NCBI GenBank assembly: GCA_965262245.1
Contig: OZ253507.1
Span: 8,796,911 to 8,860,910, forward strand
Reading direction: 5' to 3'
DNA from: Candidatus Marinacidobacterales bacterium
GTDB lineage: Bacteria; Acidobacteriota; Vicinamibacteria; Marinacidobacterales; SMYC01
Length of the DNA: 64,000 nt
Shown: positions 50,045 to 59,890 of the stretch, one piece after another
How the letters are laid out: each line of letters begins with the position of its first letter
Numbering within the stretch: position 1 is the stretch's first letter
The notes under the pieces: generated by a model
Databases searched by the model: none
What the model was told of the DNA's origin: nothing
What the model saw: the letters and a program-made list of their open reading frames with translations, nothing else
Made by a program: the position numbers and the translations under genes

Positions 50045-51328
50045 TCATAGAAGTCTGCGAACGATCCTGTCGAACGTTCGCTCTCCGTACTCCACAATGA
50101 TCGTGCGAGTAGCACGGCTCGGGCAGGCCGACCAGGTACCGTTGTATTCGTCGGGGTAAAACACCTGGAACGCAAGCGACGTCCACCCAACGGTCGAGCC
50201 GCCGTAGAGCACCCGCGCACAGCCTTCTCCGATACCCCGGAATGTTTTCTCGATGAACGCAATGAGCTCGTAGGTGACCGCGTCGCCGTAGGGGCCGTTG
50301 TTGGCCGAGTTCACGCCGTAGGAGCCGTCGTAGTAGGGAGTGGCTGCCTGGACGTCGACCTTGATCACCCGCGGGAAGCCCGGTCCGGTCCAGTCCTTGT
50401 AGAGCTGGTAGGCGTAGCGCTCCTCTGTCGGTTTGTAGCTCGGATGGTTTCGGTACCCCACGATAGGCTCGACCCAGGGTTGTCCGCGGAGCGCCGCGCG
50501 GATGGGCTCGACTTTGGGCCGGTCCTCCGTTTGGGCTGGCTCCGGCTCGGAGTCTGCGGTCCTCATCTCATCCTCCGGAGGCGTCTCGCGCCAGTGCGCA
50601 ATGGTGCGCCGATAGTGTCCTTGGGTCACCACGAGCGGATAGCGCGCCTCGGGATGCTCGTCGAAGGCTTCCGGCAGCAGGACGATCGCGTCGAGATACA
50701 TCGGGCGGCCCCAGAACTCGCTGAGAAGCGCGCTCTCGAACCGCACGTGCTTCACGTACTTGGTGTCCTCGGGCTCGGGGATGGGAGGAATTTCCTGATC
50801 CATTGAAATCTCGATGGTGGCGTCCTCACCCGCGTCGAGACGAACCTTTCGAGGGGTGCTGTACAGATTGCCCGGCGCCCGGTTCTACTTGATGCCTTCG
50901 TCCCGGTTGATCGGCAGCTTCAACCGGTGTCCGTCACTCCGATGAAACGTCTCGTAGCGGTGGAGCACTGCCTGGACCCAGTACTCTCCTCGCGGAATGT
51001 CCGCGACGCTGTCGACGGGGTAGCCGAGGACGTCGCCATCGAGGACAGCGTCTTCTCCGGGCGCCAAGCCTTCCACGTCGATCCCGAACAGGAGCTGGGT
51101 ATCCTGACCGTTCTTGATCTGGAACCGCGGCTCCTCGGCATCGTTCGTCGAGATCGCCAGCAGCAGACGCCCGTCCAAGGCCGTGCTCGACCGCTCTTCG
51201 GGAAACGAAACGGCAAAGCGAAGTCCGGCGGGCTCGCAGGACACGGTGAAGAGAAGCGACAGGACTACCGCCCATCGCATCACCGCCTCTGAGAGCTGAG
51301 AGACTAGCGCTAGCGTGACTCTATACAT
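50045..51328 (-). CDS. secreted esterase-like alpha/beta-hydrolase protein, interrupted by a single in-frame TAG (50885..50887). The C-terminus may also carry a frameshift
   Basis: ORFs 50885..51328 (signal peptide) and 50045..50803 share one frame; only the TAG separates them. ..YPLVVTQGHY.. and ..VLYGGSTVGWTSLAFQVFYPDEY.. resemble putative-esterase motifs. Confidence 0.45.
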
Positions 51329-51428
51329 GGCAAAGTACCTTTCCCGAGATGGCGGAAACGCTGAAGGCCATCGCTAGAGATGGACCCGGAATCTTCTATG
51401 GAGGGGCGCTTGCGGAGCGCTTCGCCGC

Positions 51429-53150
51429 TCATTGTACCGCGCTGCCACGGCCCGGGTGCGAGTGCCCTTGCGAAAGCGGCAGCGCGTCGGCGCCCTTCTG
51501 GGGACTCCCGAATTTTTCACCGAAGAAGTCCCCGGGGTTCCAGGTGGGCCGATCCGCGTCCGAGGCCACGTGAAATCCCAGGATAAAGTTCGTATTGGCG
51601 AAGAGGGCGGCAGCGTCCAGATCCATCGGCTGGTTCAGATCGTCGGCGGGCTGATGGTAGCGTGTTCGTCTCCACTCGTCCTTGAGCGCCGCGCCATCCC
51701 GGTCGGGCTCGCCCGTCTCGAGACCCAGGTTCATGAAGACGGCGGGTACGCCCCAGCGCACGAAGCTGTACTGGTCGCTTCGGATGAAGAGCACTTCTTC
51801 TGGCTCGGGGTCGGGGCTGACCCGGAGGTCCATTTGTGCCGCGACACGCTCGACGACGTCGGCAAGGCTGGAGTGCTCGGCGCCGGTGGGAATGATCTCG
51901 TGGAGCGCGTGCATTACCGGTCCGGCATCCAGGTTGAGGTTGGCCACTATCTGCTCCCGGGGGACGGTGGGGCGAGACATGAAGTAGTCCGAGCCGAGGA
52001 GTCCCTTCTCCTCTCCGGTCACGGCCAGAAACAATACGGAGCGCCTGGGTGGTTCTTCCAGCGTGGCGAAGGCGTGAGCGATCTCAATCATCACCGCCAC
52101 CCAGACGGCGTTGTCCATGGCGCCGTTGTATATCGCGTCACCGTCGACCGGCTCACCGATGCCAACGTGATCCAGATGCGCGCTGTAGACGACGTACTCG
52201 TCTCGAAGCTCCGGATCCGAGCCCCGGCGCTGGCCGATGACATTGGGGCTTTCGACGCGCTCGTGGCGCGTCGCCACGTCGAGCTCCGCTTCGAAGGCAA
52301 GGTCGAACGGCTGCGGCCCCCCGTTCCCGGCTCGCGACAAAACATCCTCCAGCCTCTGCGGAGCGCCTTCGAACACCGCCTCGGCGCCGTCCAGGCTCAG
52401 CTGGGCAGCGGCACGGATCGCATTTGCCACGCCGACGGGCTCGTTGTCTTCGTTCAGCCAGCGCATGCTGGCGAACCCGCTTCGGCGAACCAGGGCGGGC
52501 CAAGGCCGCCGCCTCCGGTCCACCGCGCTCTGAACGGTCAGCACGCCCACCGCTCCGTGGTAGGCGGCATTCTCGAGCTTCAGCCGGCTCGACGAGAAGT
52601 AAGCGCGCTCGTTGTGGGGGAAGCGCGCGGGCGCGCCTGACAACAGGACCGCGATCTTTCCCGCCGCATCGATCCCCGCGTAGTCGTCGTGGTCGAGCTC
52701 CGGCGCCGTCACCCCGAAGCCGACGAAGACGAGGGGAGCACGCACCCGGCTTCGCTCGCGCACGAGGTCCGCCGACAGCAGGTAGTGCTCACCGTGCTCC
52801 AGCCGCCGTGCCACCCCCTCCCTATAGAGGGTCAGGGAGCTTTCGCCGGGCACGAGGTCGGCTTTGCGAAAGGCAACGGGCTGAAAGTATGTTCCACCGT
52901 TCCCGGCGGGCTCGAGACCCACGGCCTCCAGCTGAGCCGCAACGTAGTTGGCCGCAAGCTGGTAACCGCGCGTCCCCGTGCCGCGCCCTTCGAGCAGGTC
53001 ATCCGCCAGAAAACGTACATGTGCCCGGATGGCGTCGGGACGGATAGTCTCGAGCGCGGCGGCGGTGGCGGTCCGCGGCCTCGACGACCCACACGAGAGG
53101 GAACCGAGCGCGAGGACTAGGACGAAAAGGACGGACGTGCGATCTTGCAT
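51429..53150 (-). CDS. M28-family peptidase lipoprotein with a PA domain (second copy, diverged)
   Basis: Likely start MQDRTSVLFVLVLALGSLSCGSS (lipobox) with an AGGAGA RBS; ..YSAHLDHVG..GAMDNAVWVAVMIEIAHAF..FLAVTGEEKGLLGS.. M28 zinc-ligand motifs. Confidence 0.75.
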   Translation of the reverse strand: MQDRTSVLFVLVLALGSLSCGSSRPRTATAAALETIRPDAIRAHVRFLADDLLEGRGTGTRGYQLAANYVAAQLEAVGLEPAGNGGTYFQPVAFRKADLVPGESSLTLYREGVARRLEHGEHYLLSADLVRERSRVRAPLVFVGFGVTAPELDHDDYAGIDAAGKIAVLLSGAPARFPHNERAYFSSSRLKLENAAYHGAVGVLTVQSAVDRRRRPWPALVRRSGFASMRWLNEDNEPVGVANAIRAAAQLSLDGAEAVFEGAPQRLEDVLSRAGNGGPQPFDLAFEAELDVATRHERVESPNVIGQRRGSDPELRDEYVVYSAHLDHVGIGEPVDGDAIYNGAMDNAVWVAVMIEIAHAFATLEEPPRRSVLFLAVTGEEKGLLGSDYFMSRPTVPREQIVANLNLDAGPVMHALHEIIPTGAEHSSLADVVERVAAQMDLRVSPDPEPEEVLFIRSDQYSFVRWGVPAVFMNLGLETGEPDRDGAALKDEWRRTRYHQPADDLNQPMDLDAAALFANTNFILGFHVASDADRPTWNPGDFFGEKFGSPQKGADALPLSQGHSHPGRGSAVQ

Positions 53151-53302
53151 GGGCGTTATCTCCTGAGATGGGCGTGAATTTTCTGTAATCTTGAACAGTT
53201 TCATATAGAAATAATAACTTGACAAATAAGGAAAAGTGAGTGTCCTTCCACATACCAAAAACAAAACGGTCGCAGCTAAGCGGCCAATGGAGGGACACCT
53301 CA

Positions 53303-53590
53303 ATGAAGAGCAATATCACGCGCGAAGAGTTCAGTAAAGAGGTAGGTCGTCTGTTCGAGGAATTCGCCGAGGAAGTTTGGCAGGCGGTAGTGGAACTGGA
53401 AGCCGATGTGCAACGGTGTGATGAGTGGATGCGGGACAAGGGAAGCGCCTACCTTCGCGAAGTCCTAGGCAAGGCGCTCAGCCAACGCGCGGAGGGTGTT
53501 ATCTCTCACGCTGTGCCGCGATCCACCATCCTTGATCGTCGGATTATGCCCGGGGTGAAATGCCTGAGAAGGTGGCGACGGGTGGGATGA
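53303..53590 (+). CDS. small hypothetical protein (~95 aa) at the start of the transposition module
   Basis: ATG with a GGAGGG RBS, straight after an AT-rich stretch. Confidence 0.3.
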   Translation: MKSNITREEFSKEVGRLFEEFAEEVWQAVVELEADVQRCDEWMRDKGSAYLREVLGKALSQRAEGVISHAVPRSTILDRRIMPGVKCLRRWRRVG

Positions 53591-53666
53591 GGAGAGGTTG
53601 GCGGTATGTGATGAGATCGGTTATGAGGAGAGTGCGGTCTCGGGCATCTGAGGCTGGAAAAAGGAG

Positions 53667-54311
53667 ATGGGCCCGCCACGTTCCAAGCGTGCGGGCCCGT
53701 GGCCGGTGCAACTTCGTCAGCATACAACGCTCACCAGCGAGCAATACGTTAGCGAAAGAGGCTGGCTTCACGCAAGTCTGAAACGGTGCCCAAGTCACCC
53801 TGGTGGTGGCTGTCGTTTTTCCCGCCATGGCACCTACCCGAGGGTTGAGCCGCCTGGGATGGAAGTGCCTCGTTGGTACTGCCGGGATGCCCATCGAACG
53901 TTTAGCTTGCTGCCGGACTGCATGAGCGCGCGGCTGACGGGAAGCCTCGACGAGGCGGAGCAGGTCGTGGTGAAGGTGGAGGAGTCTCGGAGCGTTGAGG
54001 CGGCGGCAAAGAAGCTGCGTCCGGAGATCGAGGTGGCAGGAGCGGTCCGCTGGGTTCGCCAGCGTCTGCAAGGTGTGCGCGACAGCCTACTGATTCTACT
54101 GACGCTGTTGCCCGACCGTCTGGGGACAAAGGCACGGTTGGTGGAGGTGCGGAGCATCCTGGCGTCGGAGCGGGCTTTGGTGGCGTTGCGCGAGATCGGC
54201 GCGCCGCATCTCCACGTTTTGCCTCGGCCGCTCGGATTCCGCCCGGCCGGAATCCGAACGTCGAAAAGTGAGGATCGACTCCAACACAAAACGGGGGCAG
54301 ACCCGCCGTAG
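53667..54311 (+). CDS. zinc-ribbon protein (zf-ISL3-like CP..G..R.HG.Y.R ... RW.C....RTFS.LP) of unknown role, first gene of the TniA/TniB-like module
   Basis: ..KRCPSHPGGGCRFSRHGTYPRVEPPGMEVPRWYCRDAHRTFSLLPDC..; no DDE domain follows. Confidence 0.4.
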   Translation: MGPPRSKRAGPWPVQLRQHTTLTSEQYVSERGWLHASLKRCPSHPGGGCRFSRHGTYPRVEPPGMEVPRWYCRDAHRTFSLLPDCMSARLTGSLDEAEQVVVKVEESRSVEAAAKKLRPEIEVAGAVRWVRQRLQGVRDSLLILLTLLPDRLGTKARLVEVRSILASERALVALREIGAPHLHVLPRPLGFRPAGIRTSKSEDRLQHKTGADPP

Positions 54312-55382
54312 CACCTTGCGGTAGATTCCTCTCGCCCGCTAGCAAGCCGGGCAGAGAGGAGCCAACAGTCATGGATAAGAAGACACGCCAGCAGATCGCG
54401 CTGTTTCGCCACGGCCTCATCGGAGACCTCGTGCACCGGAAAGTGGGTGAGCGGGGTCTTTATGCTCTGCTGCGTGACAAAGCAGAGCGGGTCTACGAGA
54501 TCCCGGGGTCCCGAAGAACTCGTGTAGCCGTCGAGACGCTTCGGGATTGGCTGGACTCGTACCGGCGCGGTGGATTCGATGCACTCTATCCCCAGCCGCG
54601 ACGCGATCAAGGGCAAGCTCGCGCGATTCCACAAGAGGTGGCCGATCATCTCTGCACCATCAAGGAGAACAACCGTGCCCTTTCGGTTGCCCTTGTTATC
54701 GAACAAGCTCAGCGAAGCGGTGCGGTTCCCGAATCGGTAAACCTTGCTCCCGCCACGGTGCATCGCCTGCTTTGTCGCCATGACCTTATGGGCAAGAAAG
54801 CTTACGAGCCCACCTCCAAGGACCGCCGGCGCTTCGCCTTCGACAAAGCGAATGAGCTGTGGATGAGTGACGTGATGCACGGGCCGAGCGTCTTTGCCGA
54901 CGGAAAACGCAAACGCAAAACGTACTTGATCGCGACGCTCGACGACGCCACCCGCGTCGTTCCTTACGCCGCCTTCGCTATGCATGAGAACACTGCTGCC
55001 TTCTTGCCTGTTCTGCAAACAGCCATCCTACGCCGCGGCATCCCCAAAAGACTCTACGTCGACGACGGCTCCGCCTACCGCTCTCAGCACCTCGCGCTCG
55101 TCTGCGCCAAGCTCGGCATCACGCTCATCCACGCTCGCCCCTACCAGCCTCAGGGCAAAGGAAAACAAGAACGTTGGTTTCGCACCGTGCGGATGCAACT
55201 TCTGCCCATGCTCACCCAAGACGATTTCAAAAGCCTCGAAGCGCTCAACTCCAGGCTCTGGAGTTGGGTCGAGGCCGAATATCACATGAGTCCCCACCTC
55301 AGGCTGAAGTGGACCCCATTTTTTAGACCAGGGGTTAAGGTGGTAAAACAAGCCTGCTCAATAAAAAAAGGAGCAGAGAAAA

Positions 55383-55670
55383 GTGAAGAAAAATCGCACG
55401 AAGCACAGCCCTGTTTTCAAGGCGAAAGTTGCATTGGCGGTACTACGCGAGCAGGAGACAGTGGCGGAACTATCCCGGCGGCACAAGGTTCACGCGAACC
55501 AGATCTACAAATGGAAGCGGCAGCTTTTGGAGAACGTCACGCGTGCTTTCGAGACCGAAGAGGTGGGCGGAGGCGATGCCTCGATGCGCGAGGCCGAACT
55601 GCTTCAGAAAATCGGGGAGCTGACGATGGAGCGCGATTTTTTATCACACGGGCTCGGTCGATTGCGATGA
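55383..55670 (+). CDS. IS3-family OrfA (HTH transposase subunit) ending just after a canonical T-TTT-TTA -1 frameshift heptamer (~55627)
   Basis: ..[33 protein letters not shown].. IS3/IS911 OrfA; the heptamer lies in frame 0 with orfB in frame -1. Confidence 0.8.
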   Translation: MKKNRTKHSPVFKAKVALAVLREQETVAELSRRHKVHANQIYKWKRQLLENVTRAFETEEVGGGDASMREAELLQKIGELTMERDFLSHGLGRLR

Positions 55671-56506
55671 CGCCCCGGCGGGAGTTGGTCGAACCCAACG
55701 CTCCGCTGTCGATGCGCTGGCAGTGCGAGCTGCTCGGCGTGAATCGGTCGAGCCTATACTACGAACCTGTCGAGCCGGATGGCGAGCAACTCGCATTGAT
55801 GCGTCGGATGGACGAGCTACATCTGAAGCGTCCATTTTTCGGCAGCCGCATGATGACACAGACACTCAAAGCGGAGGGGTCGGCCGTCAACCGCAAGCGC
55901 GTGCAGCGTCTTATGCGGTTGATGGGGCTCGAGAGCACTGCGCCCAAGCCGAACACAAGCAAGCCAGCGCCGGAACACACGGTATACCCCTATCTACTGA
56001 GGAATCTGACGGTTTCTCGGATCAATCAGGTGTGGGCCGCCGACATCACATACATCCCGATGGCGCGAGGCTTCGTATACCTGGTGGCGGTCATCGATTG
56101 GTATTCGCGGCGGGTGCTCGCCTGGCGCTTGTCCAACACGTTGGAGACGACCTTCTGCGTGGAGGCTCTGAACGAAGCTGTGGCACGCTACGGTTGCCCA
56201 GAGATATTCAACACGGACCAGGGCTCTCAGTTCACCTCGGAGGAGTTCACCAGTGTATTGCTTGCTCTTGAGATCAAGATCAGCATGGATGGCAAAGGTC
56301 GCTGTATCGACAACATCTTCGTGGAGCGGCTCTGGCGCTCGCTGAAGTACGAGGAGGTCTACCTGTACGCCTACGACACCGTGCAAATGGCTCGCGCGGG
56401 CATCGCTTGCTACTTCGATTTCTTCAATGACGAGCGCCCGCACAAAGCGTTAGGCTATCAAACGCCCGCGAGCTTCTACGATGGACTGCTTGGCGAGGTT
56501 GCTTGA
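55667..56506 (+). CDS. IS3-family OrfB (rve integrase core), expressed as an OrfAB fusion
   Basis: [36 protein letters not shown].. ..[11 protein letters not shown].. ..[13 protein letters not shown].. ..[12 protein letters not shown]; the DDE triad context is intact. Confidence 0.8.
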   Translation: MTPRRELVEPNAPLSMRWQCELLGVNRSSLYYEPVEPDGEQLALMRRMDELHLKRPFFGSRMMTQTLKAEGSAVNRKRVQRLMRLMGLESTAPKPNTSKPAPEHTVYPYLLRNLTVSRINQVWAADITYIPMARGFVYLVAVIDWYSRRVLAWRLSNTLETTFCVEALNEAVARYGCPEIFNTDQGSQFTSEEFTSVLLALEIKISMDGKGRCIDNIFVERLWRSLKYEEVYLYAYDTVQMARAGIACYFDFFNDERPHKALGYQTPASFYDGLLGEVA

Positions 56507-56762
56507 AGATGATTGGCCATCGACCGATTTGTACATCACAGCATCATCCTGGAGCTCAACGTCGGCAGTTACCGACTGGGGCAATCGAAGCAGAACAAGG
56601 CCAAAGAGGCCACGGCGGTAGAAAACCGGGAAAAGGAATGAACCTTGCCACGAGTCCACAAAACGAATGCGAGAATCGCCGCAGGAGACCCTCTCGCGGC
56701 TTGGCCCATACCCCAGGTACCCCGATTTTTGCACTATTCAGGTGGACCAGCGAAAGGGCGGC

Positions 56763-56853
56763 TTCGATCCGGGGCCCCGACGGAGGGAGCGGACAAGGAA
56801 GCTTCGCATCTTTTTTTAAGGGTCCGCTCCCTCCGTCGGGGCCCCGGATCGAA
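56763..56853. repeat. large perfect inverted repeat (29-32-bp arms, 27-nt loop holding a T7 run) inside the IS3 3' non-coding region
   Basis: ttGATCCGGGGCCCCGACGGAGGGAGCGGAC-aaggaagcttcgcatctttttttaagg-GTCCGCTCCCTCCGTCGGGGCCCCGGATCaa. Confidence 0.8.
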
Positions 56854-57535
56854 CATGGGACACTTTGCTGATAAGTGACGGAGCAAGACCGGTAGGTACC
56901 CGGGAATTCTAACTTGTTGCTGAAGAGAAATAATAATTGCCGCTAGACACAATGATGGCTACAGCGAAAAACAAACTGTCCACAGATTTTCAATCTGCCA
57001 TAAACTGTGTTCCCGAACGCTCCCTTCTAGGAGCCTTCGGGAAACAACATCACGACTATGACCACGACGTGTTCAACTCGGCAGGCTCCACCTTAGCTAC
57101 CCCCTATTTTGGTCCAGAGAATGGGGTCCACCTCAGGCCTCGACGGCATCACACCTTTCGACCGCTGGGCCACCGCCGCAGACGACGTCACCCTACCCGG
57201 CCCTGAGCGCGACCTCGATGAACTGTTCCTCTTCGAGCTCAACCGCAAAGTTCAGAGTGACCGTACCATCAGCCTGCATGGCGCCGTGTACGAGCTCGAT
57301 GCTTGCTTGGTCGGCCAGACCGTCACCGTGCGTTTCAACCCCTCCCGCCGCGGCCAGCCCATCGACGTCTACTTCAAGGGACGCAAATACAAAAAAGCTA
57401 AAACCGTGGACACCTACGCCAACTGCTTCGTTCGCCGGGACCACACCACCAAGCACCTTTATCCCGACACACCGCCTAAGCCGCCGCCGCCAGGACTATC
57501 CTTGCGCCATCTCAAAAATCGGAAGGATCGTTAAC

Positions 57536-58333
57536 ATGTACCGCAAGCACTTCGGCCTCACCCAACATCCCTTCAGCAACGAGATCGAACCCGAGGAGCT
57601 TTTCCTCGCAACCTCTTACAAGGAGCTCGAGGTCCGCCTCGCACACCTCATCGATATGCGCGGCATCGGGCTCGTCACCGGTGATAGCGGAAGCGGAAAA
57701 ACTTGCTGCTGTCGTAAGGTCCTTCACGCTCTGCACGCCTCGCTCTATCGCGTGCTATACGTGTGCCTGTCCACCGGAAACGTCATGGACCTCTACAAAA
57801 CCATCTCCTGGGAGATGGGACTGCCCGTTGAACGCAGCCGAGCCGCACTCTTCCGTCAGATCCGCGCCGAGGTCACGCGGCTCGTCTCCGAGGCAAGATG
57901 CCGACCTATCCTCGTCATCGATGAGGCTCACCACCTCAGGCCCGAGGTGCTCGAGGAGCTCCGCCTGCTCACCAACTACAACATGGACGCCGAAAACCGC
58001 CTTTGTCTGTTACTGCTCGGCCAGAGCGAGCTGAGACGGCGACTCTCCATGGCCGTCCACGAGGCGCTCTCTCAGCGCATCGTCGTCCGATACCATCTCA
58101 GCCCTCTCACCCGCGAGGAGCTCCCCGCCTATCTCACCCATCGTCTCCGGTGCGCCGGTACCGAACTGCCCATCTTCGAGCCACCCGCACAAGAGGCCCT
58201 GTTCCAGGCGAGCGGCGGCCTGCCCCGCAAAGTCAATCTCCTCGCTCACCACGCTCTGCTCGCCGCCGCTCTAGCTCGCACTAAATCCGTCTCCGCCGAG
58301 CACGTCGAGCTCGCTCTTCCCGAGGTCGCCTGA
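57536..58333 (+). CDS. AAA+ ATPase of the ExeA/TniB-like (AAA_22) type; transposition-ATPase partner of the Mu-type transposase
   Basis: MYRKHFGLTQHPF.. (ExeA-like start), Walker A GDSGSGKT, Walker B ILVIDEAHHL, then ..LLGQSELRRRL.. and RIVVRYHLSPLTREE. Confidence 0.7.
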   Translation: MYRKHFGLTQHPFSNEIEPEELFLATSYKELEVRLAHLIDMRGIGLVTGDSGSGKTCCCRKVLHALHASLYRVLYVCLSTGNVMDLYKTISWEMGLPVERSRAALFRQIRAEVTRLVSEARCRPILVIDEAHHLRPEVLEELRLLTNYNMDAENRLCLLLLGQSELRRRLSMAVHEALSQRIVVRYHLSPLTREELPAYLTHRLRCAGTELPIFEPPAQEALFQASGGLPRKVNLLAHHALLAAALARTKSVSAEHVELALPEVA

Positions 58334-58348
58334 GGGGGGAGCGTCGCT

Positions 58349-58687
58349 ATGACCCAGCACAACCGACACCCGCCTCCCGGTGACGCCTTGGCATCGAAGC
58401 GACAGGACCACACGACCATCGACTTCTCGTCGACTCCTACCCTTCAGCACGACCATCGTATTACCGACCTACTCGACTACCTGCAACACCGCTTCTCCGC
58501 CTATCCCTTCAATCGAAAACTCGACACCGCCTTCATCCTCGAACTCGCCGCTGACTTCGAACGAGTGAATCTCCTCGAGCAGACCAAAACTTTCCGCTGG
58601 TACTACGACGATGATCTTTCTCGTCTCGGCAACCCACGAGCTGCGCTACGACGATGGATGGCTCGGGCTCAGGATCGTTTTGCGTGA
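58349..58687 (+). CDS. hypothetical protein (112 aa) between the ATPase genes
   Basis: ORF only. Confidence 0.3.
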   Translation: MTQHNRHPPPGDALASKRQDHTTIDFSSTPTLQHDHRITDLLDYLQHRFSAYPFNRKLDTAFILELAADFERVNLLEQTKTFRWYYDDDLSRLGNPRAALRRWMARAQDRFA

Positions 58688-58736
58688 GCAGCCGCCGTCG
58701 CAGTGCGTGCCCTGCCTCTTTGGTGCCCTCCCGAGG

Positions 58737-59714
58737 ATGAGTCTCGCGCTTCCCGTTCAGCCCGCTCACGAGCTCGACGCTCACCTTGCTGCTCCTCGAT
58801 GGCTCATCGAAGGCTTATGGGCCGACGAGGCGGTCGGTATCGTCGGCGGCGAACCCAAATCTTTCAAGAGCTTCCTCGTCCTAGATATGGCCGTTGCCGT
58901 CGATTCCGGCTCACCTTGTCTTCGACACTTTCCCGTTGCCCACACGGGACGCGTTCTCCTCTACGCCGCCGAAGATGCGCTTCAGGTCGTGCGCCGAAGA
59001 CTCGAAGGTATCTGCCATCTCACACATCTCAACCTCGCACAACTCGATATTCAGGTCATTACCGCTCCGTCGCTCAGACTCGACACCCTCGAGGATCAGA
59101 AGAGGCTTCGTTTTACTATCGAGCAGCTTCGACCTAGGCTCCTGCTCCTCGACCCCTTTGTTCGCCTCCACCGTATCGACGAAAACGCTTCTTCCGATGT
59201 CGCCGCCATTCTGGCTTACTTCCGTGAGCTCCAGCGTTTGTTTCATCTCGCCGTTGTTGTCGTCCACCACGCTAGAAAAGCTGCCAACCACCTCCGCGCT
59301 GGGCAGGCACTGCGCGGCAGCTCCGAGTTTCATGCTTGGGGCGATTCCAACCTCTACATCAAGCGAAAGGCCGATCATCTCACGCTCACCATCGAGCACC
59401 GCGCCGCGGCCGAGCAGAACGACCTGCCTTTGACTCTTCAGGGAGCGAACGACCAGCTTGCTCTTTGCATGCTCGAAAACCGGCCGCCACCAAAGCCGCC
59501 CCGCTCCCCAGCCCACGAGCAAATCCTTGATGCGCTCGCTACTGCTGAATCACCTCTTGTTTTTTCCGTACTTCGCCAAGCCTGTCGCATGCGAACTCAG
59601 ATCTTCTGCAGCGTCCTCGCTGAAATGCAACAGCAGGGCAAGGTGGTCAAAACTCCGAACGGCTATCAGCTCGTCTCCGCAGCTGCCGGCGTTTCCCTTT
59701 CCCGATCTCTATAG
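58737..59714 (+). CDS. AAA_25 / RepA-like (RecA-fold) ATPase, ~325 aa, cargo of the transposition module
   Basis: ..WLIEGLWADEAVGIVGGEPKSFKSFLVLDMAVAV.. (Walker A GxxKS), ..LLLLDPFVRLH.. (Walker B), ..VVVVHHARK..; start chosen at an internal Met after the upstream stop. Confidence 0.55.
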   Translation: MSLALPVQPAHELDAHLAAPRWLIEGLWADEAVGIVGGEPKSFKSFLVLDMAVAVDSGSPCLRHFPVAHTGRVLLYAAEDALQVVRRRLEGICHLTHLNLAQLDIQVITAPSLRLDTLEDQKRLRFTIEQLRPRLLLLDPFVRLHRIDENASSDVAAILAYFRELQRLFHLAVVVVHHARKAANHLRAGQALRGSSEFHAWGDSNLYIKRKADHLTLTIEHRAAAEQNDLPLTLQGANDQLALCMLENRPPPKPPRSPAHEQILDALATAESPLVFSVLRQACRMRTQIFCSVLAEMQQQGKVVKTPNGYQLVSAAAGVSLSRSL

Positions 59715-59890
59715 AGAGATCGGGAAGCGGAAACGAAACTCCTCTCGTTCTCACCACATCTGCTCACTTTGCTCCGTCGAAGACCACAAACCACACGACC
59801 CTTCAATGTGAGATATCGCCCTCTTTGCATCACGGATCACCGTGATAAATACGTAAGGGAACTCCTCGATAAATAACAGAGAGTCTCGGA

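Larger units (their letters stand above)
55296..57135 (+). mobile_element. IS3-family insertion sequence (~1840 bp) with TGA...TCA termini, ~35-bp imperfect inverted repeats and a 3-bp GGC target-site duplication
   Basis: Left TGAAGTGGACCCCATT versus right reverse complement TGAGGTGGACCCCATT. GGC flanks both sides. It contains orfA/orfB and ~630 bp of non-coding 3' sequence. Confidence 0.75.
54371..57534 (+). pseudogene. Mu-type DDE transposase (TniA/TnsB/IstA-like: HTH plus rve core plus Mu-transposase C-terminal domain), insertionally split by an IS3-family element (segments ~54371-55295 and ~57136-57534)
   Basis: N-terminal HTH (..IALFRHGLIGDLV..). DDE core ..ELWMSDVMHG..RLYVDDGSAYRS..PYQPQGKGKQERWFRTV..EAEYHMSPH. 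After the IS the homology resumes at ..SGLDGITPFDRW..LFLFELNRKVQSDRTISLHGAVYELD..VTVRFNP.. Confidence 0.65.

Noticed and set aside
51432-52640. 402-aa plus-strand ORF
   Set aside because: Antisense to the second M28 peptidase.
54371-56506. Single 711-aa ORF apparently fusing the Mu-type transposase to an IS3 OrfB
   Set aside because: - The fusion is an accidental in-frame read-through across the IS3 left end.
- Domain order (TniA core, then IS3 orfA in another frame, then orfB), the IS3 inverted repeats and the GGC duplication all show an insertion.
- The ORF is therefore not one protein.
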